DNA of 64,000 nt from contig OZ024742.1 of the NCBI GenBank assembly GCA_964016885.1, positions 233,802,001 through 233,866,000 on the forward strand, given 5' to 3'. This document shows positions 41,560-57,147 of the stretch, in pieces. The position numbers were made by a program, and so were the translations under genes. This DNA comes from Eledone cirrhosa (lineage: Eukaryota). The notes under the pieces were generated by a model that was given only the letters and a program-made list of their open reading frames with translations, did no database searches and had not been told where the DNA came from. Position 1 is the stretch's first letter; every line of letters begins with the position of its first letter.

Positions 41560-43310
41560 TAGGTTTGCTAAATGATTTTATTTGTAAAAGAGTTGGGATG
41601 TAGTCTATATGTATTATTTCCCTTTATGCTCCCTCTTTAGCTTATTCGTCTGCTTTCCTATTTCCTCTATCTGTTGGCCCGGTATCCAAATCACTGTTAT
41701 TTCTTTATTAATTTCTAAGAGTAGTGGATTGGCGGTATAGGTAGAGCGTAGGACAACATGCTTTGTGGCATAAAGTTACGGCCCTTTTCGTTCTGAGTTC
41801 AAATCCTGTTGAGGTTAGCTTTGCCTTACATGGTTGATAAAATAAAGTACCAGTAATGCACTAGAGTCGATTTAATCGACTTTTCTCTTCAAATTGCTGG
41901 CCTTGTGCCTAAATGTAGAAACTATTATTTTCTGAGAGGTAGTTATCTATTTTTTGCAGAGCGGTCTCAATATCTCTAACCCAACCCCTTTTCTTGGCTG
42001 AAGCAGTTCTAGGTTCAATAGACTATCAGTAAATAGAAAACCATTTTTTCATGGCACTTCCTTAGCTGAATCTATGGATAATGTAATTCCCCACCATTCT
42101 GCATCACATAGAGTGTAATCCCGATGTAATCTGAAGTTTATATCGATATAATTATTTTTGAAAGAGCAAGTAGCTCCACAACCCACTTCCTTGTCTGAAT
42201 GTGCCCCCTCTGTGTAGCAGACTCAGCTGTTAAAAGAGATTGACTGTGTGATAGTGTTATGGAGATCTTTTGATTCCTCTTTTGTGTTTTTAATCATTAT
42301 TTTAAACGATTTTAATTGTTCTACCCATGGAGTAAACCAAGTATCATGTTTCTTTTTCTTTTGCATTTAAACTGAGCAGTTAGCAATTTGTGTTTCCTTG
42401 ACTCTTATATTAACAAATGAGCTGAGGTTAACCCTGCTTCATGAAAAATCGCTATCTTGGGAGTAGATCTTAGACATATAGTTTTGCCAATTTGAGTACG
42501 GAATCTATCAATAGCTTGAAGATAACTAATACTTGTGTTTCCCCAAACCCAGCTGCAATACAACAATTGAGCATTGATGACTCCCTTATTATACAGTCTT
42601 AAGTGGTTGTACGTTAGGCAGTGGAATTTCTTTGAAATTACTTTAATTGCATGCCATGTTAAAGTCGTTTTTTGTTGTTGTTTTTTGCAATGTGTGTTTG
42701 AGATGCGTTTCTCATTTCATGTCAGATAGTAATCAAATGCCTAGTATCATGATGGATTTTTGTGGTATCAGTAGTTGGTTCATCAAGTATATTTCATCGC
42801 ATTGACAATTGATGGGTTCAGGATTATGGAAATGAACCAGTAGGGATTTAGAGGGATCGAATTATTGGCCATTTTCTTTTGCCCATTCAGTTGCAGTTGA
42901 TAGGGCTGTGCATAATTTGGTTTTGTTGTTGTTGATGATACTAGATGAAGTATATAAGTTGATATCATCTACAAAACCCGATACTTCTACAATTTTATTT
43001 AGAGATGTAAACAAGCCTGTTGTGTAATATAGAAAAAGAATGGGTGAGACTGGTGAACCCTGCGGGAGACCCTATAAAAGGTCAATACTGTTTCTTTTCT
43101 CGTTTCCAAAAATCAGACATGTACTACGATGAGTTAGAAAGCTTTCAACCCAGTTAAAAAGATATTTGGGGATTTCAAATCGGTGTAGATTTTTTTACTA
43201 GAGTATCATGAACCACATTGTAATAAGCTCCCTTTAAGTCTATTGAGATCAAGCTGGTCGATCTTTTTCAAGAGTTTTATGTTTCTGATGAATGCGATTA
43301 TTTCATACTC
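41560..43310 (-). mobile_element. I-group LINE remnant (RT + RNase H), interrupted by a SINE
   Basis: FVDDI near 42965, WAKENG..FDPSKS thumb region, RNase H-like CYTEG, FTDSL and WIPG...GNRKADE motifs; many stops. Confidence 0.7.
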
Positions 43311-44663
43311 GAAATCCGAACTTACATACAAACTTTCGGGTAATGCCTTTCTTCAGCCTTGTCGTACTGTCGACTCTCCACAGTATACGAATTTATCCAA
43401 ATATGTAAACATTAAAAAAAAAGAAAAGAAGAAGAGTATTCGAGTTCAATCTGTAGTTAAGTAGATCTACCATGATCAACGATTTTAGTGATAGTTTTCA
43501 ATTGAAAGAATAGAAAACGGGAATCCAAGTATTGATTGCAAGAAACAACTCCTGTAATGGACTGGTATTTTTATTATCAACCTCAAAAGGATGAAAAGCA
43601 ATGTCGACTTCATCAGGATTTGAAATCAGAGCGCAGAGACCCGGAACGAATACCGCACAGCATTCTATCTGACGTTCTAACGACTCTGCCAGTTCGCCGC
43701 CGTTCAAAATGTTTCTGAATAATTTTTGCCGACGTAGACTACAATTAATTTTCTCGGGCTATGTCTCCGCCTCCCCACCCAAACTATTTTTTCTAGTTTT
43801 CTAATTTAAACAAGGCAGACGATATATCGGCAAGGTAGTGAATGTAGTTGGACACAAATGCGTATTGACAGAATCACTAGAATGTCTAATGTCGATATGT
43901 CCTGCTTAAAGAAATTTATTTCAGAAATGTGTATTATCATCATTATGCCAATAATAGCATCGACGAATATGACACAGAGGAAACACGCAGTTTGACCCTT
44001 GTATTCTTACAAGCGTGAACCAATTCAAGAAAAGAAGGAAATGAAAGAGAAAAATCTTTTATTTGACGACCTTGTGTAAAAAGATGTAACGTTTACAATG
44101 GGGAGAATTTTTGTGAACAAATAAAATAACCAAGAGAGTAAAAGAAAATGCAATACAGTAAATAAAAAAAATGGGGGTATTGAGAATGAAGAAAAGGGGG
44201 TATTTAGTTTTACAATGAGCCGAGATGGTGAGAGAAGTATGTTGACATGGTTTTTACTGGTTCTGTACGGTGATGTCGGCACAAGGAAGCGACCTGCTGA
44301 GACATATCTTGTGAATGTTGGCGGCTGTTATTTAGCCAGACTGGTAGTGCCTCCCTCTGTAAATGTCCATGGCGGTCGCAAGCTACGGTTTCTACTAGCT
44401 GATAGTTTTGAGGGCGTGTACAACAGCATTGGCATAGTGTCGGCAAGGTGGTGTGTTGGTAAATATTGGCTAGTGGATTCCAAGTCTGGTATACCGTTGT
44501 TAATAAATATATCACTGTATGATAGTGCTTTGTATCAGTACGATATATGTATATACAGAGGCTTTTTGAAGCATACGGCCAATTACATATATATATAGAG
44601 AGAGAGATGCGCTCACACATGTGTGTGGGGAGAGAGGGGATATATGCAAATATATGTGTGTAA

Positions 44664-44704
<41 letters not shown>

Positions 44705-44707
<3 letters not shown>

Positions 44708-44781
44708 GGTGTCCCAAAAATGTATGCACCCTTCAACAACATTTTAATAAATATGTGTATACATTTTGGGGGGACACCCTG
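44705..44781. mobile_element. 77-bp mariner-type MITE in (TA)n
   Basis: TA-cagggtgtccc...gggacaccctg-TA. Confidence 0.75.
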
Positions 44782-44814
44782 TATATATATTAATATATAT
44801 GTGTGTGTGTGTGT

Positions 44815-45400
44815 GAAGGTGAGTGGCTTAGAAGTGGGGGTATTCAGCATATGACCGCCAGATCTTTAGTTCGATTACCGTCGGCGCGTTGTGTCCTTGA
44901 TCTATAATCCACGTTGCTCCAGTGGACTCGCCTGGAAAGGAGTTGTGCTTGTAGTTCAACAGGTCAGCCTTGTCGCAAAACTGTCATGCTGAATCTCCTT
45001 CAGAATTATATTAAGGGTACACGTGTCTGTGGAATGCTCACTCACATGCACGTTGATTTTGCGAACAAACTGATCTGTTGACAGAGTGGGATTTACGTAT
45101 TAGCTAAACAAGCTATAGCTTAGGGCCCCCACTTTCTTGGGGCCTCGAAAAAATTGAAAAAAAAAACGGTGTGTACATTTCCAAAATATAAGATAAAAAA
45201 GTACTAAAATAATGCAATAGTTTTAAACAGTTTTCTGCTTTAATATTGAACGTTTTGCAGTTTTTATAAAAAAATGTTATAACATATAAAAGGCCCCATT
45301 ATCTCAAATAGCTTAGGGCCTCATCAAATCTAAATCCGGCACTGTCTGTTGGTCAAACAATTGGAACACAACTTGTCGGAACAGACTGAGGTCCAATACA
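44815..45400 (+). mobile_element. Second, longer tRNA-derived SINE family, here interrupted by a hAT MITE. Related pieces near 24735-24880-, 29360-29655-, 38840-39030+, 50480-50615-
   Basis: A/B-box head (gagtggcttag...agttcgattacc), then gttgtgtccttga...acgttgctccagt; reverse-complement matches at the other loci. Confidence 0.65.
45082..45344. mobile_element. hAT-type MITE
   Basis: TIRs cagagtgggattta / taaatccggcactg; TSD tctgttga / tctgttgg. Confidence 0.75.
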
Positions 45401-45405
45401 AACAT

Positions 45406-45484
<79 letters not shown>

Positions 45485-45623
45485 AAACAATCCCCTCCCA
45501 CCATAAAACAACTCCGTTCTCACTCTCTTACTGTATTGTTCTCTAAACAACAACACCAGCAATCGCCTATCGTCATTTTTTTAAAGTTTGTGTCGTGTTG
45601 TTGAACATATAGAAACACACACA

Positions 45624-45666
<43 letters not shown>

Positions 45667-46006
45667 CCACAGAAAAATACACACACAAACAGCAAAAAAA
45701 CAACTCTGAATTATTTTCGTTCGTTCGCACATTACGTTTTAGTTAGTTAGAGAAGGTGAGGGGGAATTAGTGGGAAGTAGAGTAGTATTTCCCTTTCTTT
45801 ATATAGATAGCATGACAAACGGACAGACAGGCAAACACGGCACTTATAGTATTGTTATAGTTATGAGTGCAATAACTTCTCTCCCGCCTCCCCTCAGATT
45901 AATTGAAAAAACACGAAGAACCTTAATTATTACCAATTTTATTTAGTGTTTTAGCGGTCAACGTACAAACAAACAAATTTCCTTTTTACAAGTATTATAG
46001 ATAAAA

Positions 46007-47040
46007 CTAGCTGAGTATCCCGTCGTTGCCAGGCAATTATCACAATAGTATGCCTTCAATTTTTTTATTCCATATCTGACCATGTCTTCCCTAAAGGATA
46101 GTCCCCTTGATGAGGACGGATTTCTTTATTAATTGGGTTAATTTGTAATGTTTGTATAAACAATGTTAATTGTTTTTCCCATCTGATGCATAGATGTAAA
46201 GATTTTTCTGACTTCCTACTCTTGAACATCCAATGTAAAGCTGACCATAGTTAAAGCAGGGCTCTTCAACGTGTAAACCGGCAACTGCAAATGTTTGTCC
46301 TTGTAATTTGTTGATGGTCATGGCAAAACTAAGACTCACTGGAAATTGAAGTTGTTTGAATTGAAATGGGACATCAGTGGGGATAACAAGAATTCTTGGA
46401 GCGAACACATTCTCTCCCCTGCCGCATACTGTTGAAATGGTGACTTGAATCACGTGTGGATACATATATGTTTCACAACCAATCGAGTGCCGTTGCATGG
46501 TCTTGGTGGGTACAAATTCCTCAATAACATGATGGGTGATCCTTCTTTAAGGTGAGTGACATTTGGAGACATTTCTGATGGTTCTAAAGAGTTGAGGAAC
46601 TCTGTAGGGTAATTGACAGATTCCGACTGTTTCACCATAATGTTGACAGATCAATAGAGCTTCGAAACGTTTGGAATTCTTTTTAACAACTCTTGAATTA
46701 CCAATTTCACAGTCACATTTTTCGGGGCTAATATAGCCCTTTCATTGAGCCACTTGTGACTTGCGAACTGATATTGAAGATAAGGGAACACTTTTTCTAT
46801 GAGATGGAATAATAATTCCACCATCATACCTATGGGACTTATATCAATAGCTCCCTTTCTATCTACAGGAAGTCTTCTGTCCCCAAGCATTAATAGATTC
46901 TGGGTGAACTGCTCTGATTGTTCGTCTTTACCAAAATATACCCTCATGTTTGTAGCGAACTTCAAAACTTTCATAGATGTCCAAAGTGGTGATTTTTTTT
47001 TCAAACAGGTTCAGATTTGATCAATCCTATTGCTTTTTGG
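46007..47040 (-). mobile_element. Helitron 3' portion: decayed Pif1 helicase and 3' terminus
   Basis: WLNERAILAPKN, IMLLRNLYPPRPCNGTRL, QFPVSLSFAMTINKLQGQT, GQLYIGCSRVG; short GC hairpin then CTAG/T at 46007-46033. Confidence 0.88.
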
Positions 47041-47067
47041 AATGACTGGGAGAGTTTGACTAAAATC

Positions 47068-47078
47068 TCCTCCTCCTC

Positions 47079-47111
<33 letters not shown>

Positions 47112-47146
47112 TAATTACCATTGTTACTACAACCACCCCACCACTA

Positions 47147-47179
<33 letters not shown>

Positions 47180-47334
47180 TTACCACAACCACCACTACCA
47201 TCATTACTACTACTACAACCACCACCACCACTACTACTACTACCACTACCATTACTTGTACCACTACTACTACCACTACTTGTACCCCTATTACTACCAC
47301 TACTACTATTACCACCAACACCACCACCATTACC

Positions 47335-47366
<32 letters not shown>

Positions 47367-47378
47367 CACCACCACTAC
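47068..47378. repeat. (ACT/ACC)n trinucleotide repeat
   Basis: Direct reading; explains the poly-T/V/H/S ORFs. Confidence 0.95.
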
Positions 47379-47989
47379 TTTCCGTGTTTTCAACTAATCT
47401 GACCTCCGACAGGCTCGCAATCAACTTTTTCTCCGAAAACGGGGGAAGAGCAGGGGAGATCTTCGGATATTCCCAGCCCCGAAGATTTCTTCAGTGGAAT
47501 TTCTTTTCATTTCTAGATTTTTTCGTTTGTTATCGACCGGTCTGACATCCGACTCACTCGCTAACGACTTCTTTTTCCGAACACGGAGACGGATAGTCAG
47601 GGGACCCTCGGCGTTACAGATAAGAACCTCTCAGCTGTTTAAATTTATAGAAAAGCACCCGCTGGTCATCGCGATGAAATTTTTTTCCTAGGTTTTTTTC
47701 AAAAGTTTTCTACTAATCTAACCTCGGATTTTCTCAGCCTCAGAAATTTCTTTAGTGGAAATAACTGAGGCGGCAAAGGAGGACTACCATTGGATTTACA
47801 GATAAGAATCTCTCAGCGTTTAAATTTATAGAAAAGCAATTCCTTGATACTGAAGTATATTTTGATTCTTCATCATGTTCTACTGTTGTGGAAAACGTTG
47901 TAAACTTAATTATTCAAGTGTTCTCCAATTTCGAAATCCACCATTCCAACAAGGAGTAGCTGTGTGAAAGAGCAATCCTTGTCCCTCAC

Positions 47990-48245
47990 AACATCATGGT
48001 GAATGACATCAACAAAAATCTCTCACAAATGATCTCTGGAGGTAACCAGACATAAATCTATCGACAAAGTTGTTGACGAGGACTAAGCTGTTCATTATCC
48101 CCTTGAATTTCTCAACACTCTGGAACCATTCGGAATGTTGCCACACAAGCTTGAATTGAAGAATGGTAAAGTCGTCATGCTTCTCAGAAACTTGGATCAG
48201 CCAAGATTGTGCAATGGGACGAGTATGGTTGTGACTGAACTCTTT
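47990..48245 (+). mobile_element. Second Helitron Pif1 fragment, opposite strand
   Basis: YPLEFLNTLEPFGMLPHKLELKNGKVVMLLRNLDQPRLCNGT. Confidence 0.8.
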
Positions 48246-49084
48246 AACCACACAGCCATGTCTGCGCCTAATACTTATTTAATCTCTCTTAATTTGTTTT
48301 AGCTGTTAAATGCAATTTTGTTTACTTTTTATTGTTCAAAGTTCTTTACTTTTCATTGTTTATTTTATATTTTAAGTAATGTCGAAGCTTAAGAGGGAGG
48401 ACCTATATCTTAAGTGACGATCATGAAATAAAGAAGTTAAATTATTAGTATTTTTATTATCATTGTTTTACTTTTATTTTACTGAATTGAAACGTATAAC
48501 AGGTTACAACAGAAAGAGAAAAATGTATTTCTTAAATATAAATATAGAAATATTTTTAATTGTGATATATAATTGCTGATATAGGCAACGAATTGACAGA
48601 GTTTTTAGAGCATCGGGCAGAATGGGTTGTAGTATCCATGCCGGCTCTCTGAGTTCAAACCCTGCTGCGCTCAACTTTACTTTTCATCCTTTTGGGTGTA
48701 AAAAAAAAAGTCCAATAATGGAGTCGATTCTTCCTCTATATCTCTTTCTCATTTCCCCTCTCTCTCTCTCTCTTTCTTTCACTGTAAGAAAGCGGCTGTG
48801 TTCAGACCCGAAGAGGAATACACTGCTAGGTTTTTAAAATGACCAAAGCATGCCATAAGGTCATTACAATGGCCCTACGACTCCATCAGGAATCCATACA
48901 TTCATATATTGCTGATAATTTTTTTTCTTTTTTAGAATCCACTACCTAGTATAGAAACTACTGTACTTTTTTCACTGGGACAATGGATTCAAGTTTAGCT
49001 GTATGCCATATTCTTTTATACGAAAATAAGGATAAAGTAAAACGTATTAAAATTTGTTAAAATGTTTACCAGTTAAACTATATA

Positions 49085-49249
49085 CCGTATTTCTCGGGCT
49101 CGAAGACGTTACCTTTTTCCTAAAATAAGTTTAAAAAATCTACCATGCGTCCTGGAGGCCGAAGGTTTATTCATTTTTTTCAAATTTTTGGTTGTCAAAA
49201 TTAAGGTGCGTCCTCGAGGACGAAGCGTCTTCGGCGCCGGGAAATACGG
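49085..49249. mobile_element. Tc1/mariner-superfamily (Tc2/pogo-like) MITE
   Basis: TA-ccgtatttc...gaagacg / cgtcttc...gaaatacgg-TA. Confidence 0.7.
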
Positions 49250-50187
49250 TACGAAATAAGGTTGACAACAAACTGTGATTTGTTGGATTATTATTTAACG
49301 AACAACAGGGTGGTGGGTTGGCAGAATCGGTAGAGAGTCGGACACCATGCTTAGTGGCATATAGTTACGGCCCTTTACATTCTGAGTTCAAATTCCGCCG
49401 AGGTTAGCTTTGCTTTTCAACCTTACCGGGTCGATAAAATAATGTACCAGTAATGCACTAGAGTCGATTTAATCGACTTTCCCCTCCCCAAAAATTGCTG
49501 GCTTTGTGCCTATACTAGAAATCATTATTTAACGAACAATAAACATTGACTGGTGTAAGAAAGAAAGAACTATCTCCTGAGCCCAAACATATTGTAAAAC
49601 CCACAAGGAAATTTTCCCGCTGCACAGTCAAATGAACACAGTTAACAGTTCATCTTTTATAAGGTAGCAAGTAATGCTTTATACCGGCCTAGTCGTACGT
49701 ATTGCAGAATAATATCATAGATAGTTTGTGACTTTGATTTCGATCCATAGTAAAGATTGTTTAAAGTGTTAAATATCTTACATATAATATATGTAATATA
49801 AAAAAAAAAAAAATTTGTTTTCGCTCTCAACATGGTGGATACCTAAATGTATTCGTGAGTGAATAATAATTGTTTCTACTTTTGGCACAAGGCCAGCAAT
49901 TAATCAGTGCATTACTGGTACTTTATTTTATCGACCCCGTAAGGATGAAAGGCAAAGTTAACCTCGGCGGGATTTGAACTCTCATCATAAATGGCCGTAA
50001 CTTTATGCTGCAAGCATTATAATAATATTATAATAATATCATAACTAGGTAATTGCTGGCCTTGTGCCAATAGTAGAAACAATTATTAATATTCGGTTTA
50101 TTTACAAGTAAACAGCATCATAAAATACCTCGTGGTAGATGACAACGACATCCTTTTGTTCCAACGGTAGCTGAGAGAAAACAATGG

Positions 50188-50233
50188 ACAGCTGACAAGT
50201 GTTTCGGAGTGTCTTGCTCCTTGTCAAGATTGT
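50188..50233 (-). ncRNA. Candidate U3-A8 hammerhead inside an inverted repeat (50083-50334)
   Basis: TTGACAA-ggag/ctcc-GAAA-cacttg-TC; stem I has mismatches. Confidence 0.5.
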
Positions 50234-52052
50234 GTATTCTCCTCGTTCTGCTATCACTTGGAACTGCTGAGAATACATAATACATGTGGTGTTTTATGAG
50301 GCTGTTTACTTGTAAACAAATCAAATATTAATAATATTATGATGTTATTATAATATTATTATTATTCACTCACGAATATGTAATATAGTATATCCACAAT
50401 AGATTATGTCCCTGATTTCGATCCATAGTTTATTAGTTGATTGTTTTGTAATTAATATAAACATTTTGAGTATAGGAAAGGAGCCAATCATTAGATTGAA
50501 CTAAGAAAACAATGTTATCTTTCCATTTGCTGATACTATCGGTCAGTTGTAACTTCTGGCAGATGGAAGAGTTAAGAATATAACACACCGCCTGGGTCAG
50601 GAATCGAACTCACTCAAATGCTACTAAGCAGTTGTCTAACGCTCTAATGACTCTGCCAATCCACCACCCGACCAATAAAAATAATAGTAATAAAGTGATG
50701 AAATTAAATTGTTATGGTGGAAGAAATTCACCTTTTCCTTCTGGCATGGATTATTGCCGAACAATCACCTAACAAGAATTTAACTGCAGATACGCTGGGA
50801 AAAGTTGTACATTCCATAGATCGATATCAGAAATAGAAAAAAGAGTGAATTTATTCATTTTTATCTCCTCGTCAAGCTTTATCTGAACTTACTGGCAAGA
50901 GTGTAATTAGGATCAATTGTGGCCAGAGCAATCCAATAAATCGCGCCAATGAAGTCAATGTTCTTTTGGAATTGGTTCGTATTATAATTGTACTCAATTA
51001 TGGTGGTGGATTGGCAGTATCGGTGGAGTGTCGGACGCCATGCTTTGCATTAAAGAGTTACGGCCCTTTATGGTCAAATTCCGCCGAGGTTAACTTTGCC
51101 TTTCATCCTTACTGGGTAATTGCTGGCCTTGTGCCAAAAGTAGAAATAATTATAATTGTACTCAAGTCTATTACTCACAATAATAACTCTAATATACTGA
51201 TGGCGATGCCCCAGCATGGCCTCAGCCCCTCGGCTGCAACACAAATAAAAATAAATAATTTTAAGAAATGCATTTTATGAAAATGCCAGTAGTAAAATCT
51301 TTCAGATTTCGTGGAAATCCAAAAGAGTCAAGTTTAAAACGTGGTGAATAAGAAATATGTAAAAGAAAAACAAAAATATCTAAACACCATCACTAACTAC
51401 CCTAATCCTACTAAAGACGGAAAGAAATGAAAAGAATAATATTAATATGCATTCGTGAGTTTTATGTCATACTTTGTCTTTAGTGATAATTTTATCATTA
51501 TTAGAATTTCGTTTTTCGCTCTAACATGATACGTAAATGTATTCGTGAGTTTTATATAGAATAATAATTGTTTCCACTTTTGATACAAGGCCAGCAATCA
51601 TCCCAGTGTATTACTGGTACTTTATTTCATGGACCCCGTAGCGATGAAGGGCAAAGTTAACCTTGGCGAAATTTGAACTGAGACTGTAAAGGGGCGTAAC
51701 TATATGCTACAAAGCATGGCGTTCGACCCTCTACCGATACTGCCAATCCAATATATATATAAAACGTTCAGGGTGAAAGCAGCGATTCTTTGCTTAAACT
51801 TTAATCTGTTATTTTAATAAATATTTGCTCTAGGGTTCTTATATATTTGATATATATTTATATATTTGATATATATTTATCCTTATCGAGCCCTCTTTGG
51901 ATTTTAGTCTTCACATTTATTATTATTATTATATATATATATATTATATATATATATATATTATATATATATATATTATATATATATATTATATATATAT
52001 ATTATATATATATATTATATATATATATATATTATATATATATATTATATAT

Positions 52053-52800
52053 AGTGGTGGAACACTGGAAGGTAATATCCGTAGTGGTAGAGCACTCAGT
52101 CCATGGGACGAGTTAGGTAGAAGTGGTTACACAACAGTTAGTTCACCATACCGAGAACAATTGTTTCACCTTAGCGGATCCTGAGCTCGTAATGGGCATG
52201 GTTATAGGAACAGGAAGGACAACCGTACGAACGCGCATGCGCAGAAACCCGGTCACCTCACACAGGCAATACTAGAATGCGTGCGAAAGTCCGAAAATTT
52301 TTAGTTGAAAATAAAATTACAAGGATTCAGTCCGGACCTTTGTAGTTATACAATAGGTATTTGGCGACGTGTGGACAACGTGTGAAAAATTCATATCTCG
52401 TGTTTAGGCAATCACTATTGCGTAATCTCTTTAGAATAGTCATTCGCTCGTCAATACATAAGCCACACGTCGGATTTCCCCTTGCGTATGACTTGGACTT
52501 AGTGATGGCTTTCCATTGGATGGAGTAGTCTATACTTGAGTCCTTGAGGGACCATACGTAGCTCGCGAGTTTCGTGGATGAACATCTGTCCTGGTACCTA
52601 AAGGTAGAGGGTGGTTCAGTTATCTCCCTTACACCTCTCGCACGCATTCTAGTATTGCCTGTGTGAGGTGACCGGGTTTCTGCGCATGCGCGTTCATACG
52701 GTTGTCCTTCCTGTTCCTATGACCATTACGAGCAGAGGATCGCTAAGGTGAAACAATTGTTCTCGGTATGGTGAACTAACTGTTGTGTAACCACTTCTGT
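52053..52800 (-). mobile_element. PLE 3' fragment with inverted repeat and an HHR in each arm
   Basis: STKLASYVWSLKD...YSIQWK...CGLCIDER...LNTRYEFFTRCPH; arms near 52120-52286 and 52639-52798; (TA)n both sides. Confidence 0.88.
52729..52765 (+). ncRNA. Minimal hammerhead with one core substitution; sister copy 52152-52189 minus
   Basis: cgag-CAGAGGA (sister: CTCAGGA)-short stem II-GAAA-caattg-TT-ctcg; consensus of the two is canonical CTGAGGA. Confidence 0.75.
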
Positions 52801-54360
<1,560 letters not shown>

Positions 54361-54871
54361 CATTTCCCACTCTTAGTACGGCTATTACTTAAATATAAGT
54401 ATGTACACGTACATACATATATGTATACAGACGTACAGTAGTATGTATATATATATATACATACATGCACGCATATATATATGTACGTATGGATTCACCG
54501 AACATTTATTATAATGCTCGGTGTGTTTGTAAACAAACATCCCGTATTAAGCCGTAGTGTCTAGCAACCATCGTTGCTCGTTTGTTCAACACTGACAAAG
54601 GAACGCTGTACTAGTTTCAAGCTTATTAGCTATCGTCAGCAACGTATACCTTCCTGCCAGATTGTTCAACGTCTGAAAGTATATACTTTCCTTATGCATA
54701 TTAACGGCTGAGTAGCCCAATTTGCATATCGAGTGGGTTAATCGGCCGGGTGCACGGAAAACGATAAACGGAAAAAATGAAACGAAATTTCATTTCCCAC
54801 TCTTAGTACGGCTGTTACTTAAATATAAGTATGTACACGTACATACATATATGTATACAGACGTACAGTAG

Positions 54872-54939
<68 letters not shown>

Positions 54940-55818
54940 CATGCACATATATATGTATATGTACGTATGGATTCACCGAACATTTATTATAATGCTCGAT
55001 GTGTTTGTAAACAAACATCCCGTATTAAGCCGTAGTGTCTAGCAACCATCGCTGCTCGTTTGTTCAACACTGACAAAGGAACGCTGTACTATTGTTTAAC
55101 AATCTGGCAGGAAGGTATACGTTGCTGACGATAGCTAATAAGCTTAAAGCTAGTACAGCGTTCCTTTGTCAGTGTTGAACAAACGAGCAACGATGGTTGC
55201 TAGACACTACGGCTTAATACGGGATGTTTGTTTACAAACGCACCGAGCATTATAATAAATGTTCGGTGAATCCATACGTACATATATATATATAAGTGCA
55301 TGTATGTATATATATATATATATACATACTACTGTACCTCTGTATACATATATGTATGTACGTGTACATACTTATATTTAAGTAACAGCCGTACTAAGAG
55401 TGGGAAATGAAATTTCGTTTCATTTTTTCCGTTTATCGTTTTCGGTGCACCCGGCCGATTAACCCACTCGATATGCAAATTGGGCTACTCAGCCGTTAAT
55501 ATGCATAAGGAAAGTATATACTTTCAGACGGTCAACAATCTGGTAGGAAGGTATACGTTGCTGACGATAGCTAATAAGCTTGAAACTAGTACGGCATTCC
55601 TTTGTCAGTGTTGAACAAACGAGCAACGATGGTTGCTAGACACTACGGCTTAATACGGGATGTTTGTTTACAAACACACCGATGTTTGTTTACAAACACA
55701 CCCAGCATCATAATAAATGTTCGGTGAATCCATACGTACATATATATATGTCTGCATGTATGTATATATACATACTACTGTACGTCTGTATACATATATT
55801 TGTGTACGTGTACATACT

Positions 55819-55820
<2 letters not shown>
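54361..55820. repeat. Non-coding HHR-bearing 436-478 nt units, tandem on each strand, inverted about 55095
   Basis: Plus-strand cores at 55125 and 55561; minus-strand units offset by 478; related hairpin without HHR at 13333-13660. Confidence 0.9.
54604..54644 (-). ncRNA. Minimal type I hammerhead of the tandem/inverted array. Other copies 55120-55160+ (GAAA mutated) and 55556-55596+
   Basis: cgttg-CTGACGA-t-agct-aata-agct-t-GAAA-ctag-TA-cagcg; palindromic ACTAGT stem III. Confidence 0.9.
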
Positions 55821-55867
<47 letters not shown>

Positions 55868-55926
55868 ATTATATATATATATATATATTATATATATATA
55901 TATTAAATATATATATTAAATATATA

Positions 55927-55966
<40 letters not shown>

Positions 55967-56019
55967 TAAATATATATATTAAATATATATATATATATAT
56001 ATATATTAAATATATATAT

Positions 56020-56062
<43 letters not shown>

Positions 56063-56071
56063 TATATATAT

Positions 56072-56163
<92 letters not shown>

Positions 56164-56171
56164 TAAATATA

Positions 56172-56209
<38 letters not shown>

Positions 56210-56379
56210 TATATATATATTATATATATATATATATATAAATTATATATATAAATTATATATATATTATATATATATATATATATAAATTATATATATA
56301 TATTATATATATATTATATATATAAATTATATATAAATTATATATATATATTATATATATATTATATATATAAATTATA

Positions 56380-56417
<38 letters not shown>

Positions 56418-56636
56418 TATATATATATTATATATATATATATAAATTATATATATATATAAATTATATATATATATTATATATATATTATATATATATA
56501 TTATATATATATTATATATATAAATTATATATATATTATATATATATTATATATATATTATATATATATATATATTATATATATATATATATATTATATA
56601 TATATATATATTATATATATATATTATATATATATA

Positions 56637-56674
<38 letters not shown>

Positions 56675-56705
56675 ATATATATATATATTATATATATATA
56701 TATAT

Positions 56706-56736
<31 letters not shown>

Positions 56737-56828
56737 CATTATATATATATATATATATAATATAATATATATATATATATATACATTATATATATATATA
56801 TAATATATTGATATATATATATTATATA

Positions 56829-56866
<38 letters not shown>

Positions 56867-56922
56867 ATATATATATACATTATATATATATATATAATAT
56901 ATTGATATATATATATTATATA

Positions 56923-56960
<38 letters not shown>

Positions 56961-56981
56961 ATATATATATACATTATATAT

Positions 56982-57023
<42 letters not shown>

Positions 57024-57048
57024 ATATATTATATATATATAATATATA

Positions 57049-57141
<93 letters not shown>

Positions 57142-57147
57142 TATATT

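Noticed and set aside
44210-44600. 136-aa minus-strand ORF as a host exon
   Set aside because: No clear splice sites; faint resemblance to a decayed GIY-YIG C-terminus (LQREAL), too weak to call.
47011-47424. Gly/Ser-, Thr-, His/Tyr- and Val-rich ORFs
   Set aside because: Artefacts of the (ACT/ACC)n repeat.
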